From Magnetococcales bacterium DCbin4 (GTDB lineage Bacteria; Pseudomonadota; Magnetococcia; Magnetococcales; UBA8363): a stretch of DNA of 32,000 bases. The DNA is taken from the NCBI GenBank assembly GCA_002753735.1, contig PEAN01000007.1, forward strand, positions 63,883 through 95,882, written 5' to 3'. A model generated the notes under the pieces. The model made no database searches. It had not been told where the DNA came from and saw only the letters and a list, made by a program, of their open reading frames with translations. The number at the start of each line of letters is the position of its first letter. Position 1 is the stretch's first letter. Shown here piece by piece: positions 7,452-15,651 of the stretch. The translations under genes were made by a program, and so were the position numbers.

Positions 7452-10136
7452 ATGATTTCTAATGCCGTGTGGGGTTGGTGGATCCAGGTGAATCAACAGC
7501 TTGATATGTTCGAACTCGTCGATGACATGTATGCCGAAGACCGGTTATTCGCTGAAGACCGGTTATCGACGGCTGTGGTTGCGGCCCCGTCCATCTGGAA
7601 GATATTGGTCATCGACGATGAGCCTGATATTCGTCAACTGACTCGTATGGTATTGCGGGGTTTGCGGTTTGACGGACTTGGCATCGAGGTGATCAGCGGC
7701 TTCAATGGTCGGGAAGCCTGTGCCATCATGGAGCAGACGCCCGACGTTGCGGTATTGTTGCTGGATGTGGTCATGGAGACCGACCAGGCGGGTCTGGAGG
7801 TGGTGCGCCATATTCGCGAAGAGCTTAAGAATGGTTTTGTCCGGATCATTCTTCGTACCGGCCAGGCGGGTCAGGCTCCGGAACCGGAGGTGATTGCCCA
7901 GTATGATATCAATGATTATCGCGAAAAAACGGAACTGACCAGTCAGAAGCTTATTACCGCTGTGACTTCGGCGCTCAGGGCCTATCGCGATTTGCGGCTC
8001 ATTGAAAATTTGGCGATGAACCTCAAACGGGAACGCGAAAGCCTGAAACGGGCACAGGCGATGGCCCATTTTGGCAACTGGGAATGGGAACTCGATAGCG
8101 GTCACGTCACATTTTCCGATGAAATGCTCGCCATTATTGGTCTGAGCAGGGTGGCAGCACCTACAGGCATTGCCGTCTTTCTTGATCGTATCCATTCGGA
8201 AGATCGCATTCGTGTGGAACAGGTGCTTTCCAACATGGCCGCCATTGGGGAACGTTCCGATCTTGAATGCCGGATTGTTCGTCCCGATGGCAGTATACGG
8301 ACGGTGCATCTGGTCTGCGAAAGCAATCATGGGGATCATGCCGAACTTTCCCGCATGTTGTGTACCGTGCATGACATCACCAATACGCGTGAAGTGGAAG
8401 ATCGCCTGAAGATTGCCACGACGGTGTTTGGTGGGGCGATGGAGGAGGTGCATGAGCATATGCGCATCGCCACCAAGGTATTGGAAAATGCCATCGAAGG
8501 GGTCATGGTCACCGATGACAAGGGGGTGATCCGAAGCGTCAATCCCGCCTTTACCCGAATTACTGGATATGATCCGGTCGAAATGATCGGCAATCCCATG
8601 AAAATCCTCCATAACCGGCATCTGGATGTGGCGTTCCACGAACAGTTGTGGAAATCGCTTATGGATGTGGGCATCTGGCGGGGGGAGGTGTGGAACCGGA
8701 AAAAGAATGGTGAAGCCTATCCGCAGTGGGAAACCATCATCGTCATTCGTGACCGTGAAGGAAAGGTCACCAACTTCATCTCCATCTTCCATGATTTGAC
8801 CGAAATCCGGGCCAGTCAGAAAGAACTGCATTTTAAAACCTATCACGACACCCTGACCGGGTTGCCCAACCGGGATTTGTTTGCGGATCGTCTCAATCAA
8901 GCCGTGGTCAATGCCCAACGCAACAATGGCAAGGTGTTGGTGATTTTTCTGGGATTGGACCATTTCAAGAAAATCAACAATTCCCTGGGGCATCAATTGG
9001 GCGACCAACTGTTGAAGGATGTCGCCGCCCGTTTGCGTACCTTCATTCGCGAGGGGGATACCCTGAGCCGGTTGGCGGGTGATTCCTTCGGGTTCATCAT
9101 GCGCGAAATACGCAATACCAAGGATGCCGTGTTCGTGGCGCGCAAGATCAACAATGCCCTGACGGAACCCTTTACCATCGAGGAACACAAGCTGTTCCTG
9201 ACGGCCAGTACCGGGATCACCCTGTTTCCGGAAGATGGCCAGGATGCCTCTACCCTGATCAAAAATGCCGACATGGCCCTGAATCGGGCCAAGGTCACGG
9301 GTCGTGATACCTGTACCTTCTACAAGGCCACCATGGGCGAACAGGCCAACCGTCGCCTGAAAATGGAAAAAAATATGCGTCAGGGGTTGGAGCGCGATGA
9401 ATTTGTCCTGTTCTATCAGCCCAAGGTATCATTGAAGACCGGTCAGGTGGTGGGGATGGAAGCCCTGGTCCGTTGGCTTCAGCCCGATGCCGGGATGGTC
9501 TCGCCCGGTGAATTCATTCCGGTGGCCGAGGAGACGGGATTGATCCTCCCTTTGGGCGAATGGATCTTGAAAAGTGCCTGCCGGCAAAACCGCATCTGGG
9601 GGGACGCCGGTTTCGGCAATTTGCGCATGGCAGTCAACCTGTCGGTCCGTCAGTTTCGCCAACATGATCTGTTTGATCGGATACGGATGATCCTGGAGGA
9701 GACCGGTTTGCAACCATCGCTTTTGGAATTGGAGATTACCGAAAGCATGATGATGGATAACGTCGAAGCGGTCATCACGACCATGACCCGCTTGCGCTCT
9801 TTGGGGTTGTTCATTGCGGTGGATGATTTCGGTACGGGGTATTCATCCTTGAGCTATTTGAAACGGTTCCCCATTCATACCTTGAAGATCGATCAATCCT
9901 TTGTGCGTGATTTGACGCTTGACTCTGATGATGCCGCAATCATCAACGCCATCATTGCCATGGCCAAAAGTTTAAAATTGGATGTGGTGGCCGAGGGGGT
10001 GGAAACGGAAGAACAGTTGAATTTTCTGCGTGCGGAACGTTGTGATGAAATGCAGGGGTATTATTTCAGCAAACCTTTGTCGGCCCATGAGTTTACTGAA
10101 TTGTTGAAAAGTGGTCGTCAATTGAAGAATTCTTGA
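7452..10136 (+). CDS. Response-regulator-like protein: REC-PAS-PAS-GGDEF(degenerate)-EAL
   Basis: ILVIDDEPDIRQL...LLLDVVME...DINDYREKTELT (receiver), NWEWELDSG and VTDDKGVIRSVNPAFTRITGY (PAS), LAGDSF in place of GGDEF, and EALVRW, DDFGTGYSSLSYLKRFP, VAEGVETEEQ (EAL). The start may be the ATG at 7506. Confidence 0.92.
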   Translation: MISNAVWGWWIQVNQQLDMFELVDDMYAEDRLFAEDRLSTAVVAAPSIWKILVIDDEPDIRQLTRMVLRGLRFDGLGIEVISGFNGREACAIMEQTPDVAVLLLDVVMETDQAGLEVVRHIREELKNGFVRIILRTGQAGQAPEPEVIAQYDINDYREKTELTSQKLITAVTSALRAYRDLRLIENLAMNLKRERESLKRAQAMAHFGNWEWELDSGHVTFSDEMLAIIGLSRVAAPTGIAVFLDRIHSEDRIRVEQVLSNMAAIGERSDLECRIVRPDGSIRTVHLVCESNHGDHAELSRMLCTVHDITNTREVEDRLKIATTVFGGAMEEVHEHMRIATKVLENAIEGVMVTDDKGVIRSVNPAFTRITGYDPVEMIGNPMKILHNRHLDVAFHEQLWKSLMDVGIWRGEVWNRKKNGEAYPQWETIIVIRDREGKVTNFISIFHDLTEIRASQKELHFKTYHDTLTGLPNRDLFADRLNQAVVNAQRNNGKVLVIFLGLDHFKKINNSLGHQLGDQLLKDVAARLRTFIREGDTLSRLAGDSFGFIMREIRNTKDAVFVARKINNALTEPFTIEEHKLFLTASTGITLFPEDGQDASTLIKNADMALNRAKVTGRDTCTFYKATMGEQANRRLKMEKNMRQGLERDEFVLFYQPKVSLKTGQVVGMEALVRWLQPDAGMVSPGEFIPVAEETGLILPLGEWILKSACRQNRIWGDAGFGNLRMAVNLSVRQFRQHDLFDRIRMILEETGLQPSLLELEITESMMMDNVEAVITTMTRLRSLGLFIAVDDFGTGYSSLSYLKRFPIHTLKIDQSFVRDLTLDSDDAAIINAIIAMAKSLKLDVVAEGVETEEQLNFLRAERCDEMQGYYFSKPLSAHEFTELLKSGRQLKNS

Positions 10137-10151
10137 AATTGCGAGGTCCTC

Positions 10152-10385
10152 ATGTGCCAACAGGATGAAGATTATGTCGCGTTTATGGCCATGTTGCCGG
10201 ACCTGCTTCGGGAACATGCGGGACGCTGGGCACTGTTGCACCATGGCGCACTGGTGGACTTGTTCGACTCGGCAACGTCGGCGCATCAGGAAGGAGAACG
10301 GCGTTTTCCTGATGGTGCGTTCAGCCTGCAACAGGTATCGGGGTCCATTTTGGCGTTGAATTGGATTTCCTGCTGCGGCAGTTGA
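10152..10385 (+). CDS. Small hypothetical protein
   Basis: 77-aa ORF immediately after the EAL gene on the same strand; no recognised domain. Confidence 0.45.
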   Translation: MCQQDEDYVAFMAMLPDLLREHAGRWALLHHGALVDLFDSATSAHQEGERRFPDGAFSLQQVSGSILALNWISCCGS

Positions 10386-10421
10386 TGATGCGGCATGTGG
10401 GCCAATGGGATCAACGAGTCA

Positions 10422-11324
10422 TCAGGCCGTCTTAGCCTGGGTTTTCTTGCGATAGAGGGCATGAATCAATCCATCTGACAGCCCGATCTGCGGCACGAAG
10501 ATTTGTTGAATGTTGGCCCATGTCATGACATTGGTAAAAATTTGTCCTGCCGGAACAATGACATCTGCGCGGTCGGGTTTGAGTCCGAGTTTGAGCATCC
10601 GTTCTTCGAGGCTCAGTTGTGATAGTTCATTGTGAACCTGAAGGATCCGCTTCAGGGAAACAGGCTTGTCGTTTTTATGGTTGGTGAGTGAAAACAGTTT
10701 GTTGATATTGCCTCCGGAACCGATGGCAGAGATGGTCGTCAATGCATGGCAATGTTCTTCGATCCATTGTTTCATGTGCAACCATCGTTTGGGCGACACC
10801 AGGTTTTCCTTGATGCGAATGGTGCCAACCTTGAAGGATTTTGAGGCTTTGAGCAGGCCATCCTGATACAGGGACAATTCGGTGCTGCCGCCACCGACGT
10901 CGACATAAAGAAAGCTGCCGTTGAGGAAACGGCCATCCATTTGGTTGAGGGCGATGAATTCCGCCTCTTTGGAACCGTCGATGATTTGGATTTCCAAACC
11001 TACTTCACGGTGCACCTGTTTGATCAGATCGTGACCATTTTTGGCTGTGCGCATTGCCGAGGTGGCACATGCCAGGTAATCTTCGACATGACAGGCGGCC
11101 ATGAGTGACTTGAACGCGGCCATGGCATGAATGAAATCCTTGGTTTTTTCTTTGGAGATCACACCCCGTATAAAGGCATCCTCCCCCAGACGAACCGGGA
11201 CACGATAAAGATCCGCTTTTCGGATCAAAGGTTTCCACTCTCCCACTTCGAATACGTTGGAGACCAGGAGGCGGACGGCGTTGGAACCACAATCGATGGC
11301 TGCAAGTTTCATCATTCCATCCAT
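10422..11324 (-). CDS. Ppx/GppA phosphatase family protein (exopolyphosphatase-like)
   Basis: KLAAIDCGSNAVRLLVSNV, YVDVGGGSTELSL, GSGGNINKLF and GLSDGLI. Confidence 0.9.
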   Translation of the reverse strand: MDGMMKLAAIDCGSNAVRLLVSNVFEVGEWKPLIRKADLYRVPVRLGEDAFIRGVISKEKTKDFIHAMAAFKSLMAACHVEDYLACATSAMRTAKNGHDLIKQVHREVGLEIQIIDGSKEAEFIALNQMDGRFLNGSFLYVDVGGGSTELSLYQDGLLKASKSFKVGTIRIKENLVSPKRWLHMKQWIEEHCHALTTISAIGSGGNINKLFSLTNHKNDKPVSLKRILQVHNELSQLSLEERMLKLGLKPDRADVIVPAGQIFTNVMTWANIQQIFVPQIGLSDGLIHALYRKKTQAKTA

Positions 11325-11503
11325 ACGGGGTTAACGACTGCTTTCAGGCGAAACCCGTTGTGTTCCCAGGTCATGGAGTCGGGAGATGTGTGTTTTTGTT
11401 CCAACACCTGGTAGTCATCCTTGCCATCAAAATAGATCAACCAGCTCCGGAGGGTTTGTGTTGCCATTTCTCTGGCCGTGACAACTGCTTCATTATAGGT
11501 CAT
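11312..11503 (-). CDS. Small hypothetical protein
   Basis: 63-aa ORF MTYNEAVVTAREMATQTLRSWLIYFDGKDDYQVLEQKH just upstream of and overlapping the Ppx gene. Confidence 0.4.
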   Translation of the reverse strand: MTYNEAVVTAREMATQTLRSWLIYFDGKDDYQVLEQKHTSPDSMTWEHNGFRLKAVVNPVWME

Positions 11504-11819
11504 GAACAGGCTCCTGGTAATAAAAGTTCATGAAATGGACCTTCCTGCCGTGGGTAGGTGAATGAAGAAAAACGCAGCAGGGTTTGCACCGCACCGGCAG
11601 GGTTTGCACATTGAGGTTGATTTGATTGCTGACCGGTGGTGTTGCAGTCAGGATGAAGCCCGGATGAAACCCAATTCCCATGGCCTCCTTGACGAGGGAA
11701 AAGATACATTAAGAAAAGCCTGATGGCAAGATATGGCGGTTTTATGATCTGTTGAAAAGGGTACGATTGTCTGTCGGGAAGGGGGGTGCCCCTTCCCGTT
11801 TCCGTGTGTTCATCCAGGT

Positions 11820-12197
11820 TTACGTATGGGTGTCGGTATCGGCCAGAATGGTATAGATGCGCCGTTCCGTCAGCGCGTGGGAACGTGCAAGGTCGGCAAC
11901 ACGTGCTCCCTTGTTGTACTGGTCGATGATTTCCTTGTTGCGTAATGCACGCAATGCGGGCGCGCCACGCACGACCGACAAACTTTCTCCGCCAAAACGA
12001 CGGCTTAATTGCCGCGCCGCCTTCAAGCCCAACAAATTGGCCAGCCGATGTTGTGCGCTGATGCGCTTGGGGATGAAGATTCGGGTCCCTCCACAGTTTG
12101 TGACCAGTTTCAAGGTGTTGTCCAAGCCAATGGCGTCGCGTATTTCCTTGAGGGATTCAGGGAAACGGGCGTTGAGCAGGGGATGTTGCATGTTCAT
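11820..12197 (-). CDS. Mor-like transcription activator family protein (phage Mu middle-operon regulator type)
   Basis: NCGGTRIFIPKRISAQHRLANLLGLKAARQLSRRFGGESLSV... and C-terminal HTH-like NKEIIDQYNKGARVADLARSHALTERRIYTIL. Confidence 0.72.
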   Translation of the reverse strand: MNMQHPLLNARFPESLKEIRDAIGLDNTLKLVTNCGGTRIFIPKRISAQHRLANLLGLKAARQLSRRFGGESLSVVRGAPALRALRNKEIIDQYNKGARVADLARSHALTERRIYTILADTDTHT

Positions 12198-12451
12198 TCG
12201 AGAGACTCCCGTATTTGAGGATTGCAGTTGGCAATGATCAGCTTAAGCATCAGGGCGTGCAAACGTTGGCGCCTGGGTTCAGCAAATGCGGCGGCTGACT
12301 GTCTGATATGCCGGATGCTTTGTTCCATGTCATGTTCGATGGCGGCGATGCTGTGGAACAACATGTTGATTTCAAGCATTAATTTAAGTGTATTATGGCC
12401 AGTTGGGTCGTTGGCCGGAATGGGTTCTTCCCCGTTTTCCTGTTGATTCAT
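12194..12451 (-). CDS. Small helical hypothetical protein coupled to the Mor-like gene
   Basis: ATG at 12451 is preceded by GGAGGA. The stop overlaps the start of the Mor-like gene. The annotated ORF extends to 12463 through an in-frame GTG. Confidence 0.6.
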   Translation of the reverse strand: MNQQENGEEPIPANDPTGHNTLKLMLEINMLFHSIAAIEHDMEQSIRHIRQSAAAFAEPRRQRLHALMLKLIIANCNPQIRESLE

Positions 12452-12487
12452 GACTTCCTCCACAAAGACGAACCAAAAATAATTATA

Positions 12488-12504
12488 ACGAACTATTGGT
12501 TCGT
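12488..12504. promoter_or_regulatory. Operator-like palindrome O1
   Basis: ACGAAC-TATTG-GTTCGT, perfect 6-bp arms, in the divergent promoter region of the S24 repressor. Confidence 0.6.
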
Positions 12505-12558
12505 GAAAAGTGATTGAAGGGACAGTTTCGGTTATCTGCGGGCATTTGTCAATATTTT

Positions 12559-12575
12559 ACGAACTAACGGTTCGG
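12559..12575. promoter_or_regulatory. Operator-like palindrome O2
   Basis: ACGAACTAACGGTTCGG, with CGAAC/GTTCG arms and the same 5-bp spacing as O1. Confidence 0.6.
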
Positions 12576-12693
12576 AAATAATAATTTGAGTTTCGGTAAT
12601 GGTAAATGCTAGACTGAAACAGTTCATCAATGGTAAATGTTGGTTCGTCATTATCAATATGGTTCATCTACATATATTTTTTTGGAGTCAATC

Positions 12694-13416
12694 ATGTCTG
12701 AATCCTTTTCGTCAGGTAAGCTTAAGGAACGTTTGGAGTTCGTCATTGGCAAGGAGGCCCCGTACACCTGGGCGACTCGGATCGGACTGGGGAAATCCAC
12801 GCTTGCGGGGATTCTCAACAACGGTGCGTGCCCCCGAACCAGTACGCTCATCAAGATTGCGATGAATACCAATATTTCCATCAATTGGCTGTTGACAGGA
12901 AAAGGATCGCCATGGATGGAGCACTCCTCCACTTTGCTTCCAGAGGATCCCATGACCATGGCCCGGGAACCGGGGGAACCGTATCGGGTTGCGCCACAAT
13001 CCTATGTGGTGGTTCCCCGTTTCAGTGTGACATTAAATGGGCAGGAGAACGATTCGTTTCATAGTGGTCAGGTTGTGGATCATATCGCCTTCAAGTCGGA
13101 TTGGATTCTTGGCGTCATGGGGCTTGACCCCAATAAAATCGTCCTGGTAAGTGTCATTGGTGATTCCATGGAACCCACGTTGAAGGGGGGCGATTTGGTG
13201 TTGCTGGACCAACGGGATCAAAGCATGCGTAACGATGCCATCTATGTGATTCGCAGGGATGAGGATTTGGTGGCCAAACGGTTGCAACGGGGATTTGATG
13301 GTTCAATTTCCATCAAGAGTGATAATGCTGCGTATGAAGATATCAAGGTGCCGGCGGAACAGGTGGGACAGCTTTCCATCGTTGGCAGGGTGGTTTGGTC
13401 AGGGCGGCGAATATAA
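12694..13416 (+). CDS. Phage-type repressor: N-terminal HTH plus C-terminal S24 (LexA/CI-like) peptidase domain
   Basis: WATRIGLGKSTLAGILNNGACPRTSTLIKIAMNTNISINWLLTGKG (HTH), VSVIGDSMEPTLKGGDLVLLD with catalytic Ser and DLVAKRLQRG with catalytic Lys. Confidence 0.87.
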   Translation: MSESFSSGKLKERLEFVIGKEAPYTWATRIGLGKSTLAGILNNGACPRTSTLIKIAMNTNISINWLLTGKGSPWMEHSSTLLPEDPMTMAREPGEPYRVAPQSYVVVPRFSVTLNGQENDSFHSGQVVDHIAFKSDWILGVMGLDPNKIVLVSVIGDSMEPTLKGGDLVLLDQRDQSMRNDAIYVIRRDEDLVAKRLQRGFDGSISIKSDNAAYEDIKVPAEQVGQLSIVGRVVWSGRRI

Positions 13417-13512
13417 GTGGAACATGGAAAAAACGACCCAAGGCATGTTGATATTCAATCATTTTCTGAATGTCATCATGCCCTGGAGTATCCTTTGAAC
13501 GATTGGAATGGA

Positions 13513-14616
13513 TTACGTTTTTTTCCAAGGATATTTTCTTTTCCAATTGGAAAAGGTCGTGGCATTGGGCAATCCCAACAAGCGCGTCGCCAAGGATTTG
13601 TTGCCGCCACTTTCACGCAATGCTTTTTCAAAATAATGATCCGCAACCTGTGTCAACAAATCGGTCAATTTAAAATCACGGCCAAATTCCCGCCCAAGAA
13701 TGGTGGCTGGTGGCACAATATGAATGCCAAACATGGCCTCTTGAATATCCTTGGATTTGACCACATTGTTTTCGCTCCACAAAATGGCACGCAGCAAAGT
13801 GTTGTACAGTTCACGAATGTTTCCTGGCCAACCATGATGCAACAAGAGGGTGCGCGCATTGTCGGTGAGTTTCCGCTTTTTATATCCCGTATGCACCAAC
13901 ATGTCGCGATTGATCATGGAAACAAATACCTGAATCAATGCCGCCAAATCCTCCTGGCGTTCACGTAAAGGGGGGATGGTGAAGACGGCAACCGCCAAAC
14001 GATGAAACAAATCGTTGCGAAACCGACCGCGGGAAACCTCCTGCAACAAATCACGATTGGTGGCGGCTAAAATGCGGAAATCAACCTTGCGTGGATGCAC
14101 CGAACCCACCGCAATCACCTCGCGTTCCTGAATGACCCTGAGCAATTTCACCTGGGTCGACAAGGGAAGCTCCCCGATTTCATCAAGGAAAAGAGTCCCT
14201 TTGTCTGCTTCGGCAATATATCCATTGCGTGCCAGAACTGCTCCGGTAAAGGCCCCCTTTTCATGGCCAAACAGCTCTGCCTCGACCAGATTTTCCGGGA
14301 TGGCGCCGCAATTGACACAGATGAAAGGATGGTTTTGCCGCGCGGAAGCATGATGAATCATTCGTGCCAGCACATCTTTTCCCGTTCCCGATTCCCCCTG
14401 GATCAACACCGGAAAATCAAGCGCCGCGACATGACGGGCACGCCTGACCAACGTTTTCATTACGGGACTGTCATAGACCAACTCGTGTGGAAACGACGTC
14501 CCATCAAAGGGGGCGTCGATCAACCCATGATGATGATCCGATGCATCACCTTCATCATCGGGTTCGGTAACATTCAAAATCCATTCGGAGGGAGATACCT
14601 GTGGGGGAAGGGGCAT
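13513..14616 (-). CDS. Sigma-54-dependent transcriptional activator lacking a receiver domain
   Basis: LIQGESGTGKDVLARMIH, ELFGHEKGAFTGA, GTLFLDEIGELPLSTQVKLLRVIQE and HGWPGNIREL, plus a C-terminal Fis-type HTH (GGNKSLATRLLGL). Confidence 0.93.
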   Translation of the reverse strand: MPLPPQVSPSEWILNVTEPDDEGDASDHHHGLIDAPFDGTSFPHELVYDSPVMKTLVRRARHVAALDFPVLIQGESGTGKDVLARMIHHASARQNHPFICVNCGAIPENLVEAELFGHEKGAFTGAVLARNGYIAEADKGTLFLDEIGELPLSTQVKLLRVIQEREVIAVGSVHPRKVDFRILAATNRDLLQEVSRGRFRNDLFHRLAVAVFTIPPLRERQEDLAALIQVFVSMINRDMLVHTGYKKRKLTDNARTLLLHHGWPGNIRELYNTLLRAILWSENNVVKSKDIQEAMFGIHIVPPATILGREFGRDFKLTDLLTQVADHYFEKALRESGGNKSLATRLLGLPNATTFSNWKRKYPWKKT

Positions 14617-14658
14617 AAAACCCTTTGGATAGGAATTCCTGCGGGCAGAAAAGATCTG

Positions 14659-14721
14659 GCCACTTCAGAACACAGAGAAAAGCATCAGTAACCGGCTTTT
14701 TCCTTGTTGTCCTGAAGTGGC
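14659..14721. repeat. Long imperfect inverted repeat/hairpin
   Basis: GCCACTTCAG (14659-14668) pairs with CTGAAGTGGC (14712-14721). Pairing continues inward as AACACAGAGAAAAGC / GCTTTTTCCTTGTTGTC around an ~11-nt loop. Confidence 0.75.
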
Positions 14722-14784
14722 TTGTGTGTCCTTTCCAATGCATGAACCAAATGGCCACGTCTCCATGGAGAAACAGGTCAAGGC

Positions 14785-15348
14785 TTAATGGACCTGGCCT
14801 TTGTGTTCCTGGATGGCGGCGATGGCTTCCTGTACCATTTTATTGGTTTCAGTCTTGGTCATGTTTTTGGCGATGAGCTTTTCCGTCGCCAGCATGGCGA
14901 TATCGACGGCGACGTGATGCAGCTCCGTCATGGCTTTCTGCTTGGCGGTTTCGATTTCCGCCAGGGCGACGCTTTTCTTCTTGGCCAGTTCCTGACTCAA
15001 GGACTCCCTGGCCATTTCCCGGTATCTTGCCGATTCCAGACGGGCTTCTTCAATGGTCTGTTCAGCCATCCGGCGAGCGGCATTCAGTTGTTTTTGGGTA
15101 TCAATCGCCGCTTTTTCCGCAAGGCGCCTGCTTTGTTCCGCATTTTCCAGGTCGGAACGAATTTTGTTGCCACGCGCATCAAGAACCTTTTCGATGGCCG
15201 GCAGGACATGCGTCTTGAGCAGGTACAGCAGAATGAAAAACGAGGCGATGGACCAGAAAATCTGATGTCCAAACACCGAAGGTTCAAATTGCGGCATTCC
15301 TGAACTGGCGGTATGCTCCGCAGTGGCGGCAACAGCAGTGGCGATCAT
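14785..15348 (-). CDS. atpF: F0F1 ATP synthase subunit b/b'
   Basis: MPQFEPSVFGHQIFWSIASFFILLYLL, then a long charged coiled coil (RLAEKAAIDTQKQLNAARRMAEQ). Adjacent to atpE. Confidence 0.88.
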   Translation of the reverse strand: MIATAVAATAEHTASSGMPQFEPSVFGHQIFWSIASFFILLYLLKTHVLPAIEKVLDARGNKIRSDLENAEQSRRLAEKAAIDTQKQLNAARRMAEQTIEEARLESARYREMARESLSQELAKKKSVALAEIETAKQKAMTELHHVAVDIAMLATEKLIAKNMTKTETNKMVQEAIAAIQEHKGQVH

Positions 15349-15352
15349 GGTG

Positions 15353-15580
15353 TCATGCCTTGCCCATGATGATGAACGCGACCACCAAGCCGTAAAGGGC
15401 AACCGCTTCCACAAACGCCATGCCGATCCAGATGTATTTGGCAAGTTGTGCCTCGGCGGCGGGTTGACGGGCGATGGCTTCGATGGCTTTACCGAAAAGG
15501 ACTCCAAGTCCCACACCGGATCCGGCGAATCCGAGTGCGGCAAGTCCCATTCCGATCAAAGCAGCGGCTGTGGCATCCAT
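15353..15580 (-). CDS. atpE: F0F1 ATP synthase subunit c
   Basis: MDATAAALIGMGLAALGFAGSGVGLGVLFGKAIEAIARQPAAEAQLAKYIWIGMAFVEAVALYGLVVAFIIMGKA. Confidence 0.96.
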   Translation of the reverse strand: MDATAAALIGMGLAALGFAGSGVGLGVLFGKAIEAIARQPAAEAQLAKYIWIGMAFVEAVALYGLVVAFIIMGKA

Positions 15581-15651
15581 TGAATCTCTCCTTCCGAAGG
15601 CAGGCTTGAAAATGAACAGGGGTCTATGTGTGCCACGATCCCATGCCGCTG

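Noticed and set aside
7563-9188. 541-aa antisense ORF opposite the EAL gene
   Set aside because: Antisense shadow of a clear multi-domain gene; no recognisable motifs.
11820-14616. Complete prophage
   Set aside because: Only regulatory genes (Mor-like, S24 repressor) are present. No integrase, transposase, terminase, capsid or tail genes on either side.
14555-14876. ORFs 14555..14758 (-) and 14625..14876 (+)
   Set aside because: Their apparent mutual similarity is explained by the DNA inverted repeat at 14659-14721, not by coding function.
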